Below are positions 12,813 through 26,980 of a DNA stretch of 64,000 bases, in pieces. The position numbers were made by a program, and so were the translations under genes. The notes below the pieces were generated by a model. That model worked only from the letters and a program-made list of their open reading frames with translations, did no database searches and was not told the DNA's origin. The DNA comes from Octopus sinensis (lineage: Eukaryota), in contig NC_043000.1 of the NCBI RefSeq assembly GCF_006345805.1, forward strand, positions 51,398,001 through 51,462,000, written 5' to 3'. Numbering within the stretch: the first letter of the stretch is position 1; each line of letters starts with the position of its first letter.

Positions 12813-13872
12813 ACTCCTTAACTGACTAACACTCTCTCTCTCACAAATACACAGACATAAATGTATACAAACGTACATACAAAAACACGTGTGCATATGT
12901 GACTGACCTGTATGTGTGTGTGAGAGGGAGAGTGGGGGAGAGAGAACATTCCAAATAATGAATGAAATAAACATGAAATGAAAAAATCGTATAATAAAAG
13001 CTTGTTAAAAAATATCTTGAATCAAATATTTAAATTTGTGAACTTAATAAATATTTCTTTCAGTAATTTATCGTAGTTGTTTGCAAATAATGAATTAAAA
13101 CTTGAAATGAAAGCATTAAAATAGAGTGTGAAAGAATTTGCAAATGAAAACGGAAAATTTTGCTGTTGATATATCAGTACTGGAAGTTGACATTGAGAAA
13201 CCTTTTTATAGAAGTGAATTGTATATAGAAAGCAATATTATTTATTTTTAATAAAAAAGATATACTGAAGATCATATAATGTACCCAAGATCAAATTATT
13301 CATGCATCCCAAGTATGGAAGCAATTTGCGCAGCCATTTTCACATGTAAAGTGAATATACACACAGGTGTATTTTATATAAGAAGATGCATATGTATATA
13401 GGTGTATATATCTAAGTATACATAGATAAATGGGTGCGTGTGTGTTTTTGTGTGTGTATATATATGTTTGCATATGTGTGGGTGTATATTTCAGTGAGCT
13501 CACAACAGTGTTCCCAAAACTTGGATTGTATTACTTGCTGACTAAAATAGTATATTTCACAAATAATGGATTTGTTATACCCTGAAAGAAGATGGCCACA
13601 CATTGAACAGGAAGAAATGAATAACAAACCTGCATTTACTTATCATGACTAAAACTTCGTAAACAATAGCCATCTTCCTTGCTTTTGTGTGATTTACATT
13701 TGTGATTCTGAAGACATGAAAATATATATTTTGCATTTTGAATAAATGAATATATCATATTTTCTGTGTTAGTATCTGTGTTTGCTTGTGTGCTTGTATG
13801 CACATTTGCATTTACACACACACACACACGTGTGTGTGTGCATGAGAGCTCATGCATGTATGTAGGCATATG

Positions 13873-13921
<49 letters not shown>

Positions 13922-13999
13922 CTATCTGTCTATTTCCTTCTCTTCTTTGTCTCTGAAAATTATATACAGCGTCAGTTCTGTTTATGTATGCAATTATAT

Positions 14000-14005
14000 G
14001 TTTAT

Positions 14006-14089
<84 letters not shown>

Positions 14090-14240
14090 GTGTGTGTGTT
14101 TTGTGTGTATACATTATATATATATATATGTGTATAGGTGCATATTATAGACACATGTATGCATATTACTTACACACATATATTTGTATATATTTATATA
14201 CATACACAATATATATGTATGTGTGTGTATACATATATGT
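14000..14240. repeat. (TA)n and TA/TG compound microsatellite
   Basis: Directly visible; explains the IY-rich ORFs. Confidence 0.95.
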
Positions 14241-14898
14241 ATATAATGAAAATAGATTTGTCATATAAAGTTGAATACATTCCCTAGATGTGCTACTGAG
14301 GCTTTATTTTTTTACATTACTCATGGGAGAGAAAAGATATATATCTATTATGAACAATTTTAATGTTTCAGAATTACTAACGATTAATATGAAATTATGC
14401 TCAGTCAAGTAAGAATAAGTATAAATCATTGCAAACTACTTTTATGATAATTTATGCCAGGAAACAATTTAGAAATTATATTCTTTCTACTTCAGTGAAT
14501 GTATTACATTTGTGAAATCTTCTCCAATATCTGTCTCTTTTTAATATTTACTGACATAGTTGACTGTATTCTGAAATCAGGCCATTTCATATATATTCTA
14601 GAAACATGAGCCTTACTGCTTGTTTTTATTCTGTGCAATTCCAAAATCTTCAACAGTATCACAACATCAAATAATTAAAGCTGATCAACATAAACTATGA
14701 GGGGTAATAGTTGTATTTCATAGTTTTAGCTTCTTTATTTGTAGCATCTGAAAGAATGTATATGTGTGGAAAACTCAGAGTAGATGTGGAGTGAATCATT
14801 TGCATTTGTTCAATAACTAAGCAAATATGTGTGAGTGTATATGTGTGTAATGGACTAACTACTCTCAAAATTGCTGGTGTTGTACCAAAAGTTGAAAC

Positions 14899-15330
14899 TG
14901 AGCTGGCTGAATCATTAGTGTGATGGATGAAATGCTTAGCAGTATTTCGCCAGTCACTGCATTCTGAGTTCAAATTCTTTTGAGGTCGACTTTGCCTTTC
15001 ATCCTTCCAGTGTGGATAAATTAAGTACCAGAGAAACAGTGGGGTTGATATAATCAACTAGTCCTCTTCATCAAAATTTCAGGCCTTGCGACTATAGTAG
15101 AAAGGATTATTATTAAAAAGGCAGTGAGCTGACAGAATCGTTAGCATGCTGGGTGAAATGCTTAGCAGTATTGCTTCTGTCTTTACGTTCTGGGTTCAAA
15201 TTCCACCGAAGTTGACTTTGCCTTTCAATCTTTTAGGGTCAATAAATTAAGTACCAGTTGATTACTGGGGTTGATCTAATAAACTGGCCCCTCCTCCAAA
15301 ATTTTAGACCTTTTGCCTATAGTAGAAAGG

Positions 15331-15372
<42 letters not shown>

Positions 15373-15665
15373 GTCAATGATTCTGCCAGCTCACAAGGTG
15401 ATGAGATGGTAGAATTATTTGCATACTGGACAAAATGCTTAGTGGCATTTTTTTTGTCTTTACATTCTGAGTTCAAATACCACCAAGGTCAGCTTTGCCT
15501 TTCATCCTTTTGGGGTCAATGAAATAAGTAGCAGTTAAGCACTGGAGTTGATGAAATCGACTATCCACTCCCTCTAATATTTCAACTCCCTTGTGCATAT
15601 AGAAGAAAGGATCATCATCATCATCATCATCATCATCATTATCATGATTATCATCATCATTATTA
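14899..15665 (+). mobile_element. Three head-to-tail SINE family A copies (14899-15114, 15120-15372, 15397-15665)
   Basis: Each has a gagctgg/gagatgg..gaat head, ttctg(a/g)gttcaaat, ctttgcctttca, aagta(c/g)cag and agaaagg followed by an (ATT)n or (ATC)n tail. Confidence 0.9.
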
Positions 15666-16319
15666 TTTACAAAGCTGTATTCTTTATGAGCAAATATTTA
15701 GAAACTAAACTTGAATTTTAGACTAGAAGTGAAAGTCTTTTGGTTAAATTCTTTTGTTGCTCAGTTTTATATGAATATTTCTAGGCATGAACAGTTCAAC
15801 TTCTCTATTAGCATATATATGGACAATAAATTTTAAAAAATATTTCAGTCCTGAATCTTTGCATTTATCATTTCTAAAGTCATAAAGAGAGATGCCTGTT
15901 GTACTTTAACAAAATAACGAATTATAATGATAATGAAGCTTATACATGAGTTAATGCTTCCACAGTTCTGCCAAAGTAACAAGAATGAAAGGAAGTTATA
16001 CTTTTTTATGTAAACAAAATTATATTTTTTAAATAAATTTTTTTAGTTGCTTCCTTTTCTAAAACATTTCTGTTTACTGATAACTTTTTTTTTTCCTAAA
16101 TTCGTGTTTTATTTCATATCTAAAGTAATAAGTTCAATAGTGTATTTGCTAAAGATCTAAGCATATAAATGCATTTCAGTTTCTTGATACATTAGTAAGT
16201 AGTCTGAAGTAGCTTCTTTAGTAGCACAGCATGGGTTAAATTAGCTTTCTATTGTATCATTAATATAACATGGAATTTTGAAGAAAATGTCATTTACTAT
16301 ATTGAATGCAGAAATGATT

Positions 16320-16480
16320 GTATGGCTGATAAATTTACTTCCAGTCACTTGGATTCAAGATCAGTCCCATTGCAAAGTGTCTTGGGCAAATATCTTCTAC
16401 TATAGCCCCAGGTTGATAAAAGATTTGGGTGCAGATTTTGGTTGATGAAAACTGAGTAAAACTCATTGTATACATGTGTG
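16320..16480 (+). mobile_element. Decayed CORE-type SINE head (family B/C)
   Basis: tcagtcccattgc..cttgggcaaatatcttctactatagccccagg..gatgaaaactga. Confidence 0.65.
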
Positions 16481-16881
16481 TGTGCTTGTGTTATTTTGTT
16501 TTGCCATCACAGGATTACTATAAATGAGCATCACTTTTATGCAAGACCAGTCCCTCATTTTCTGTCTTTTGTGAAAACATGTTCAATATAGGAGAAAGAT
16601 TACCATATGTAGGTTGATAATAGGATGGGTATTCAGGCATAGGAAAACTACCATGATGAATTCCATCATGTAAGCCCCAGAAAGTGGACATTAAAATGTT
16701 GTTACTGATTTTGGTAGTGGCAGTGGTAGCAGTAACAGCAGCAGTAGTAATGATGATGACGTTCTGTATGTGAGAAGTCGAAGACATTGTGCTCAGAAAT
16801 GATACACTCTGCAATTGATCTGATCATTTATAATTTCAATACTCAAGTTCAACGAAAACAGATACATGCATATGTACACAC

Positions 16882-17066
16882 GTTGTTGCTATTAAGCACC
16901 TAAGCAACTCACATGAAGCAAACCTATGATTAAAGGTATTTCAGCTATAGTAATCTTATTTTTATGGTAGGCTATCTTAGACTACACTACCTAACATATA
17001 TCTTCCTTGCTTTTTAAGATGACAGTATGTAAGAGGCAGATTTGTCAGCTATTTCTAGCAAGTTGA
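16882..17066 (-). repeat. Decayed interspersed repeat (family E)
   Basis: Reverse complement shares tgctagaaatagc, tcttaaaaa and gctg.aatacctttaatcatagg with the copies at 845 and 37561. Confidence 0.5.
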
Positions 17067-20000
17067 ATGATTGTGTTGATTCTTTATTGGTTTGTCATTG
17101 TGTGTGTGTATGTGTGTGCATGCATACATGTGTGTGTGTGTCTCCATAGGCATGTAATTCTGTACTATTTACAGGGGGGCAAATATAAAAGTAGCAATGG
17201 AAAGAGATTGAAAGCAACAAAGACAGAAAGTTCCATAAAGAAAGAAGGAAAGGGAAGAGAGAAGGAATGAAAATAAGTTTAGATAAACACATAAAAATCT
17301 GTCCATGCATTTCTCATTCAAGAAATCAATCTTAGGTCAGTCACATTAAATCTAGTTTCATTAACTCAAGTAGATGTTTCCTTGTGGCTACTAATTATTG
17401 GAACATCAGCATAAGATCACACAATAAGTAGTGCACTTCCATCAATTGTTAATTGTTTCATAAGTGTCATATAAATCTACCTCCTTATAAATAATCTGTT
17501 GCAAGAAATGTATCTCTAGGTTCAATGTTTAACGAAACTGGTGAACCCCACCATTGCTGTCAGATTCTTTCGATGATGAATGAGGTTTTGTATCATTTTA
17601 ATGTTTTCATTCGTGTTTTTGTTACAAAATATGTATAACATGATATCTTATTGCTGATTATATTATACCTGTTGCATGTTTTTATGACACTGAGATATGT
17701 TTTTATGATATTGATATGACCAACGTTATTAATATGCAATATGGAGTCTGCATGAAACTACTGATAAGGAAAAACACCCATCGAAAATTATAAGCTAAAT
17801 TCATTCATTCTATTGCACAGAAGTGAGAAAGTCACTTTGCATTTTCTCCTATCTGCTGATGCGTTGTCATAGTGAGCGATAAGGGGAAATATTTGTGAAT
17901 TTGCTTCAGGAATTTATATGTTTATCACCATTCTTAGTGGATTATAAAGCACACATTTTTTTATGGTGTCATAACATATATTCCTGCAAATATACATGTC
18001 ATATATATGTCATATATATATATGATACACACACATATATGTGCACACATATGCACACACATACACATATATGTACACATACACATGCACATATAAATAA
18101 TTTTTCTTGGTGATGTGGATGAAACAAAAAGCCTAATCTGTTTGAGATGGTAGATACAAAGACGTAGAAGTAGAACTATACACATCAAATTACTCTTATA
18201 AACATTTAGAAATAATACAATGATATTAGATCTCGGCAATAGAAAATTCAGTGTATCTAGTTGTGTAGTTGTCTAGTTACAACTTATTCATAATATCAAA
18301 TTACATTTTGCAACCTTCCTGTTAGTTTCCTCTTGTCATATATTATGTGGACTTACCTTCTTGAAATTAGATGATCAAAAGTTAGATTTACCTTGGCAGA
18401 ACTTAAACACAAAATATTTATCCTTGCTCATGTAACATCATTGGAGGAAAATATGTTTTTTTTTTCTCTTTTTTTTAATTTTTGATATTCATTATGAGAT
18501 CTCTTTTCAAGAGATGGACAGTCTTGGGTGAATAAGTTCTATATATTTTTCTGAAACAACCATCAAGTAACCAACATATAGTTACCTAGACAATCAGCTT
18601 TTATAGCCCATGACTTCCTCTCCAAAATCACTCACTCTCAAATACACCAAACACACATATATATACAACCCCCACACACACACACAATCACAATTTATTT
18701 ATGACAAGTAGCTTACCCTTAAAAATTTATATTCATATTTTATTTCTGTGTGTTTGTATATGTGTGTGTCTTATTTACATATATATATATATTTATATAT
18801 ATATATATATATATATTTACACACACACTCATATATTAGTACAATTTTCTACTTTTTTACCATGCGTCTGTCTTTCTTTACAGACATACAGTGTGTCTAG
18901 GACACTATATAGATTTATAAATACCTACACACCATAAACCCCACCACACACTTTTGAATATATTTATTTTTATAGAGTGGACTATGTGGCAGAAATAGGA
19001 TTGTAATTGTGCAAGTGTGTGAGTATCAGATATTTGTAATTCAAAACTTTGATTTACATTTGAAGAGAAACAATACTGAGTGCCTTTTCTGAAATATGAC
19101 ATTGTGTCTACTTTTTACCTGATATTAAATTTATTAGAATTGATTATTAATGCAGAGAGCAATAAATCTTTGCTACTAAAAGGCAATCATTTTAAAATTT
19201 ATTTTCTGTCCTTCACCAGTTGAGTTGACTGATGCTTATTATATTGCATTTTTTTTCTTTTACACAAGTGGCATTCTATATATTTTGTTAAGAGATAATG
19301 ATTAAAAACCTTCTCCTCTATTTTTTTTTTTAGCACTATGCTATATCAATAAATTAAGTTTTAATTTGATAATAACTAATCTTGTTTTAAATCTTGCCAA
19401 ATAAATACATGAATAGAATAGAATAAAATATTTTAAATAATTAGCTTTGGTGTGAATAAAATTCTAGAATAAGATTCTGAACTGTGCTGAAATGTTGCAG
19501 TTCTTGCTGTAGACTACATGAAACTTCACATGTTCAATCGAGTTAGAGTGTTTTGTAACTCACAACGTCACTTTGAGTTGCCTCTAGAAATTTTCTTTCA
19601 ACACATCAATTTGTTAAATATATGATGTTTTTCACTTCCAAATAACAGTAGAAGTGACCTTCACCCTTAAATATGCCATATGGATCATTTCTTTAAAAAA
19701 TTCTATACAGGAAAAAGCAGGTGTTTATTTTCTTCTTCATATAGTCTTCATTCATTCCTAATCAGATCAACAAAACATTCACAGATGCCAAGTGATATAG
19801 TTTGGAACTTAAAGAAGCAAAATTTCAAGATGTTTATTCAAGCATTTATGCTTTACAAATAAGGAGTGATAAAATAGGACCCTCATGTTATTGAATCAAT
19901 ACTGAATAATCCAGAGCATGTGTCAAAGGTTATGCACCACTCCTTTCACAAACACATAAACTTTTGTGTTCATTTTCTATTTTATTCTAGAATAATCAGT

Positions 20001-20282
20001 TTTGGCATCAACAGTTTGATCTAGAATTTCTTTAAATTTGAAAAGTCTATTTATATATGGAGTTGAAACTAGAAGTTTGTATTCCATAGGATATATGTCT
20101 AGAAACATCTTAGAATTTAAACTGTCTGAAGTTATGCAAATCAAACAAACATTAGTTTGTTGAACACACAAGGTTTCATTTATATTATACAGTTATTTCT
20201 ATATCTGTCAAAATTCTTGTCATCATCACCTGTGAGATAAATATTTTGTAAAGTGTGTCATTTGAGCTAACAAACTATTCAG

Positions 20283-20487
20283 TTACGGAGATGTACTTGC
20301 ATAGCAAGTGATTTGATCTGAGATCGTGTGCTGAAATGAAAACAATTGCAGCGTGGAAGGTGTTTGTAAGCCATTTAAGAAACACACAAAAGCCGTTCGA
20401 TTCACTTCAACATTTAAGTTTAATTTGTCAAAATATTTTCGTTGCTTTAAGACCGCGACCTGTTCACTAACAAAAATCCGTGCTGCA
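20283..20487 (-). mobile_element. Second, CpG-richer copy of the hammerhead-bearing repeat family
   Basis: Aligns with both pieces of 11800-12036. Confidence 0.8.
20424..20474 (-). ncRNA. Candidate minimal hammerhead ribozyme, G3-C8 variant (copy 2)
   Basis: Minus strand: TTTGTTA GTGAACA G GTCGC ggtcttaaa GCAAC GAA AATATT T TGACAAA. Confidence 0.55.
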
Positions 20488-21488
20488 TCTCTATACAGTG
20501 TATTTCAATTGTCAAAGATGTGTGAGAGTATTTAGCTGATCCTTTCTTTCTCACTGTGTCTTCATGAAACTCTTTCTCAATAATTTCTTTCTTTTTTATT
20601 TATTATCCACTTCATTTGCTTTGCGTGTACATGGTGTATTTGTCTCACTTTTAATTTTTATCTCTCTCTCAATGTACCATCATCATCAATTCTGATATGG
20701 GCTGGATGAAAATTATTGAGGTAGATTTTCTATGGCCCCATTGCTTCTCCTGTTGCTAGTACAAGATGAAGTAAATTAGAGAAAAGTCACTTTAGGCTGT
20801 TTGACTTATAATTCACATACTATGCATTTTGTTATGCAAATATTGTGTGTACACATGTGTGTGTGTGTTTGTATATGTGATTGCTCATATGAAAGTGCAT
20901 TGGGTAGTGTTGTTGTCAGTTTCTCCTTTCAACAAATTGTTCAGTCACTTTGTGCCTTTGAAACTGTGTGGAACAAGAGATCTTCACTTGAAAAATGGGA
21001 AAGGGTTAGCATGAGGAAGGACATCTGTCTGTAAGCAACTACTCAGATTACAAATCCTAACAATGAAAGCATAGATAAAGGAGCATAAAACAGACTAACA
21101 AATAAAAACACATGCACACATGCACACATATTTATATTCATATCTACTCACACAGACAGACAACTGACATTTTTATATGTCTAAATTGACTTATTTCATG
21201 CTTATGGATTCACAGGGCACTGTCTTCTACATTTTATTTATACTATGCTTTACTTGTTATATTCTTCGCTTGAGTTATTTATACAAATACACAATTCTTA
21301 GGCTAATCACATACACATACTTCCAAACAGAACACCTTGGGAGTACCTGACAAAAGTTGTTTGGAAGGCAAACATTCCTAGTGTAAAGTTAATAGACATT
21401 TAAATTATATAAATCCTTGTAGCAACTGTTTAATTATAAATAGTTAGAGTTAAGAATGCTATTCAAGCCTAAATAATGTGAACATGTG

Positions 21489-22292
21489 TCTATGCGTATG
21501 TTTATAGTATTAGATATAAAAATTTAAGAATCAGCCTTTAACCACAACTGTCACTATTAAATAGCATTAGAATTCTTGATACAGGCTGCAATATCTAAAG
21601 AATGATAATCCAAGAATCTCCTTTAATACACTGGCCATATAATTTTATATATGGCAAATGTATTAAGGAAGATTGTATTTATTGCAATGTACATAGTTTA
21701 ATGATTGTGAAAGATGATAATAAAAGACTACAGTGTTCATATCATTAATAACATAGAAACAATAAAATACCTATGATGAATTGTTTTCATGAATAAAATG
21801 GTGAGGCAAGTTCTGAACTCAGTGGCAGTGTGTTTGGTCCCGTTAATGTGTCAAAACCTGGGCTTGCATTGCATAGAAATATGTGCGCATTTCAAATTGT
21901 TCCAGTTGCTGTTATAGCATCATCATAGGCAACAGCAGCAGCATCCCACAATTTAACAAGAAGAGCTGTGTGGAAACAAAGAGAAAAAAATTGAAATGGA
22001 ATACCTGTATGAACAAGAAAGCTCATCTGGTGTATGTTAGCTGATAGAAGTCTATGAGTATGTTTATTGTTGTTATATGCAACCTTTAACCACAACTGTC
22101 AGTATTAAATAATACTGGAATTCTTGACACTGGCTGCTATATCCACAGAACTGTAATCAGAGAATCCTCCTTAATAAAATCATTAGAAATAAACATGAAG
22201 AATTTTATTGAAATTTACACAGTTTAATGATTACTTTGGTATAGTGGTTGTGAAAGGTGATAATAAAAGGCAGCAGTGTTCGTATCATTATT
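21489..22292. repeat. Old direct duplication of ~250 bp (21489-21750 and 22051-22292) around a ~300 bp spacer
   Basis: Shared blocks cctttaaccacaactgtca.tattaaata, gaattcttga.ac.ggctgc, agtttaatgatt, ttgtgaaag.tgataataaaag, cagtgttc.tatcatta. Confidence 0.8.
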
Positions 22293-25200
22293 AATGATAA
22301 TAACAGTGGATGAAGACAGAGATTTCATTATATAGGAAATTATAATGACATGATATCATTAACTGTGATTAGTGCTAACCTGGAATAAGGTGATGATTAC
22401 GTAGCTATGAAAATACAATGCTTATCGTTATGCTAAAGACTTTTCTGAGAGGCCTGTGTTGATCACTGTGGTGAGTAGGAACTGCACAGTATAAAGGTCA
22501 CAGACAGAATGGAAAAAAAAACATGAAAAGCAGAGATGAATATTGCTTGAATATTTTTCATTATAAATGCACAAAAGTTGTCTTAATATATTGCACTAAA
22601 TACTGTATCACTAGGAGATAATTACAACCAATAAATTCTTTATACCAACTATCCTGTCTTGGGGACACTGTGTATTAATGGATTAAATTTATGGAGATAA
22701 TCGTAACATGTAACAACAGTGTTTCTCAATTTTGCACTTTTGGTTCCTCCTGTATGGGCTTTATTTGGTACCATACTTTCTCCCACCACTTTAGAAAATT
22801 ATGTTTTTTGCTTTATTTGCAAAACAAAACAATCAACAGGTTAAAAATAAGAAATTATTCAGAAATCATGTGTTACTTCAACAAAATAAAATGAAATATT
22901 AATGTTGAATGTTTTGAATGTTTAATTAAAAGTAAGAGACCAACATAAGATGGTAAATATTCTAATTCCATATTATCACAAATTTAATAGGTATCCATTT
23001 AGATATTTCAATTTTAATCAGAACCTTGAGCCTTGTACTGTGATAGAAACTGATAAAATAGCTTTATCTTGATTGCAGCTCTCCCTGCTTTCAGAGGTGT
23101 ACTCAGGTTTTAGGTAACAAGTACATCCAACACTGGATGTAACATTCAACTAAATTTATTTTTATGATGGTAAAAGTATGGTCTTAATAATATCTAACTT
23201 CCTATATTTGGAACTAACTTGTGGAATGAACCTTGTCAACTACTTCTTTGAAGTATAAATTAGTTTCATGATGTTACTATTTTACAAGTCAGTATATTTC
23301 TTACTCTGTTCAGACTCTATACCAAAATACCTTTCATTTTTATAATTAAAAAGCAACAGCTGGGAAATACAAGCAAAAGTATATAGTTCTTTTAGATTAG
23401 TCAATCTGCCTATGTGGCATATTGGGAAGATGCTTAACTATAATTTGGAGGCTTCATTTTCAGGTTTACATGTAGCAAGCTGTATGAACTGAGACGAGTA
23501 TTCATCAAAATACTAGCCCTCCAATAGTTCAATTTGTTTTAGACAATGCAGATATTTGTTTTGTAATCAATGAGAGTTTGGATCTTGCTTGTTCATTTAG
23601 ATTATAATCATGAGAAATAATGATTGTAATTTAGAATCTGTTAGTTCATAATAAGAAAGTGCAAATAAGTATAAATATGTTGTAAGGAATTAGTAATAAT
23701 GGTACACCCCTCCCACGTGATGAATGGAATAATCTAGTTACTATAAGTAAAGAGAAGTATGTGAAGTACCAGAGTATGTAGCAGGTGGTCAGAAATAGTC
23801 GTGCCTTTACTGGTTTTACTAAAGTATACTTACAAAAACTGGTTTTATTAAATATACCTAAGTGGGCATTATAACAATCCAACATTTTAAGGATATAACA
23901 GTGGTGATGAGGATTTAAGCAACTCATGAGAAATTAATAAACTCTATGAGGAATTAACAACCCATAGGGAATTAACAAACTCACAAAGTTTTGTATACTG
24001 TATACTGAAGTGTGCGTTATAGCAATCCAACATCTTAATGAATATAACAAAATCTAAATCTAAATGGTATTCTTACTTCATGTTTAAACAAAACAAGTAT
24101 TTGAAATGGTTGCGCTCTGCAATTACCATAATTGTTACAATGTTTCCTTCATACTACTAGTTTTTTGAGAAAGACTAGATTGCCACAAAATTTACAACTA
24201 CAAAAGGATGGGGAAAAAAACCTTCGTTTTGTTGATTATGGAAGTGATGTGAAAGCTAGTAACAGTCTTGAAAAGAATGACAAATTTCTGTCCATTTGGA
24301 ATACAAAGAAAAATGTTCCTTTCATTAATGGGTGCTAAGAATAATTGTCATAATAATAATAATAATGATAATAATAAAGTGAGTACTTGTATTAATTATA
24401 AAATTACACCTTTAGTGATGAGAACAGTTGCTATCCCAGACAAATTGTGGTCAAAAAGAGAGACAACCCACCAATTTTAAGTAATTAGAATTAATGGATT
24501 TAATCAAATATAGAATGTAATTATGAAGGAATTTGATCTTTAGCGGTATGCTGACAACGACATTTGACATATTTCAATCATCTTAGACCTCATTGGCAAG
24601 AAAGATTTGTGATGGGGGGGGGGTCCGTTTGTGAATGAACACTGAGTAGCATAGAAGCCTAAAAGATTGACTGGGGAAAAATACTCATGGACATCTGCTT
24701 TGTAAAAACTTCAAGTAGGCATATTGGCGTACTACATCAAAATATGCTAGTGCCCACTATTAGTGTTCAGAGTCATTTCAAGTCATTCTTTATAATAAAT
24801 AGTATTTTTTTTTTTACATTAGTCAAGTCAAAATCGATACAAAAAACAAACATGCACATTCTGGCTTTTATCCTGATAGATACCTCATCCATGTATAAAA
24901 ATTTTTAAAGTTTCAATACTGTCAATGTAAGACTGAATTAAAATTAATTCTATAATGTAGTACAGTTAGAAATTATAATTTATGGCTGTTAGACCATAAC
25001 AGAAAACTTTCATTATTTATATGTAAACCCCCCCCCCCCACACACACACAGACTTCTAGTTAGTTTATAAATTAAAGCATTAACAAAATTATAGTCCTCT
25101 TCTCAAAATTCCTCTCTTTAGACTAGAAATTCTTCCTGCAATAGGAGGAAGTACCTCTTGATTGATAGACATTTTATTACACCAACATATAAAATATTAT

Positions 25201-25731
25201 GCTGTAACAAAATTTTCAAAAATAAAATCATCCCTCATTTAATGGTTTTATCAGTGAATTATAAAACTGCACAGTATAAAATCCTGATATATCATAGTAA
25301 TCCAACATATAACAATATTTTTAATATACAAAATAAAACTAACAATATAATTTTATCCTAAATATATATTTCTCTTACCATTGTCATCAATAATATCTAA
25401 ACACAAATCACTAAATCTCTTCAACAGCATCATTTTCCTTTCAACATTAATTTTTCTGTTCAATCAGAAGTTTTAAATTTATTGTTTAAATTAGAATAGA
25501 TCATAGAGTATACTAACAAAATGTAACAGTTCTATTTACATGTTTATTATATTTTCTATGCATGAAAGTGAAACTATACATGCAGTTTAAATACAGACAA
25601 AGGCAAACAATGGAACTACAAATATAAGATGAGTTTGTTTTTTTACTCTCTGTGATGGGAAAAATCATTATCTGGATGATTCGTGCCAAAAAGGCAAGAG
25701 GAAAACCAGAAATTTTAAAGTTGATTTATAG

Positions 25732-25853
25732 CAGTCATGGAACGGGCAGTCTGTGGTATGCAGGCCACATGTAGTTCACAAGACTTTCTAAATAGCATGC
25801 CTAAATACTGTGTCACATACAGCTTGCTTCTCAGAAAAGGTTGCCCATGACTG
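25732..25853. mobile_element. hAT-type (Charlie-like) MITE, 122 bp
   Basis: TIRs CAGTCATGG.. / ..CCATGACTG; 8-bp flanks ATTTATAG (25724-25731) and ATTTATAA (25854-25861), a 7/8 match consistent with a hAT target-site duplication. Confidence 0.8.
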
Positions 25854-26744
25854 ATTTATAACATCTTAGGTTTCAATTTCTGTTGAATAACCAAACCACA
25901 GATGTTGAATTACAAATGAATAAGGTTTTTTTCTGTCTCTTGCATATTTCTACAATGCTATGCAAATGGTTCCTCCAATCTGAATCAAAGCATATTCAGT
26001 CCATTTTCTATACTTTATATTTTAGATTAATACTTAGTTACAACAGTATCCTTATAACCAGATGCTCAAATTTGATGATTTCAGTTCTTATGACAGATGT
26101 CTATTGGGTTAAAATATTTTGACTTATATAAATATAAATCAAAGAGTTTCTGTTTCCTTTTGCACAAGCTGGAAATTCCTACATTATTATATTGTAGTAT
26201 CTTAATCTATAAGTGAACTGACATTTTATTTGTGTATCTGCATGTTTCTGTGTTGCTAGTTTATAACTGTGTTATGCATGTTTGTATGCATATAAGATTT
26301 TGCCTTGTATTGTTTTCATCTCATTTTTCTTTATCTCTTCCCCATGTCTTATCTTTACCACTCCTTAAATTCCTTTTTTCAAGTGGTGTGATTGTTGCTA
26401 GGAACTTTCACATTTTTTCCACTACACACACTTTTTTGGGGGTTTTCTGGGTTTTTTTTTGCTTCCCATTGCTTTCTGCCTCCACTTTGCTCTTCAAATT
26501 CTCTTTCACTCAAGTGACTATACTACTGTCATACACAAATTTTCTTCTCTTCAAAGAATGTCAAGTATCTGAAATGCTGAATTTCTGAATCTTCCTAGTA
26601 CACTAACTATTGTACTTTATTATCATTTATCAGAATGTAACTTGTATAGTAGGACAATACTTAAAAGTTAATTCGTGCTGGACATTATTGTAAAATAAAT
26701 GTCTTTTCTTTACAATGTTATAAATGATAAATGTGTGTGTGTGT

Positions 26745-26960
26745 GGTACCACATATGAAGCACATGCCATACTGTCACAATAAAATCATCCAGTGCACTC
26801 TGTAAAGTGGTTGGCATTAGGGAAGGCATCCAGCCATAAAAACCTTATCAAAACAGACAATTAGGGCTTGGTGCAGCTCTCTGTTTTGCCAACTCCTGTC
26901 AAACCATCCAACCCATGACAGAAGTCACAAATTGGGCGTTAAATGATGCTGATGATGATA
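26745..26960 (+). mobile_element. SINE family C 3' part with (GAT)n tail
   Basis: cactctgtaaagtggttggcattagggaaggcatccagcc..ccatccaacccatg..cgttaaatgatgctgatgat. A related tail piece sits at 60118-60161. Confidence 0.7.
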
Positions 26961-26980
26961 CACACACACATACACACATA

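Noticed and set aside
17573-17657. ATGATGA..CTGA spacing resembling a C/D snoRNA
   Set aside because: No terminal stem or recognisable guide; such motifs are common in AT-rich DNA.
17761-17795. CTGATAAGG..CCCATCGAAA hammerhead-like string
   Set aside because: Core mismatch and no stem I.
23925-23985. Three short g.aattaa.aa repeats
   Set aside because: Too short and degenerate to interpret.
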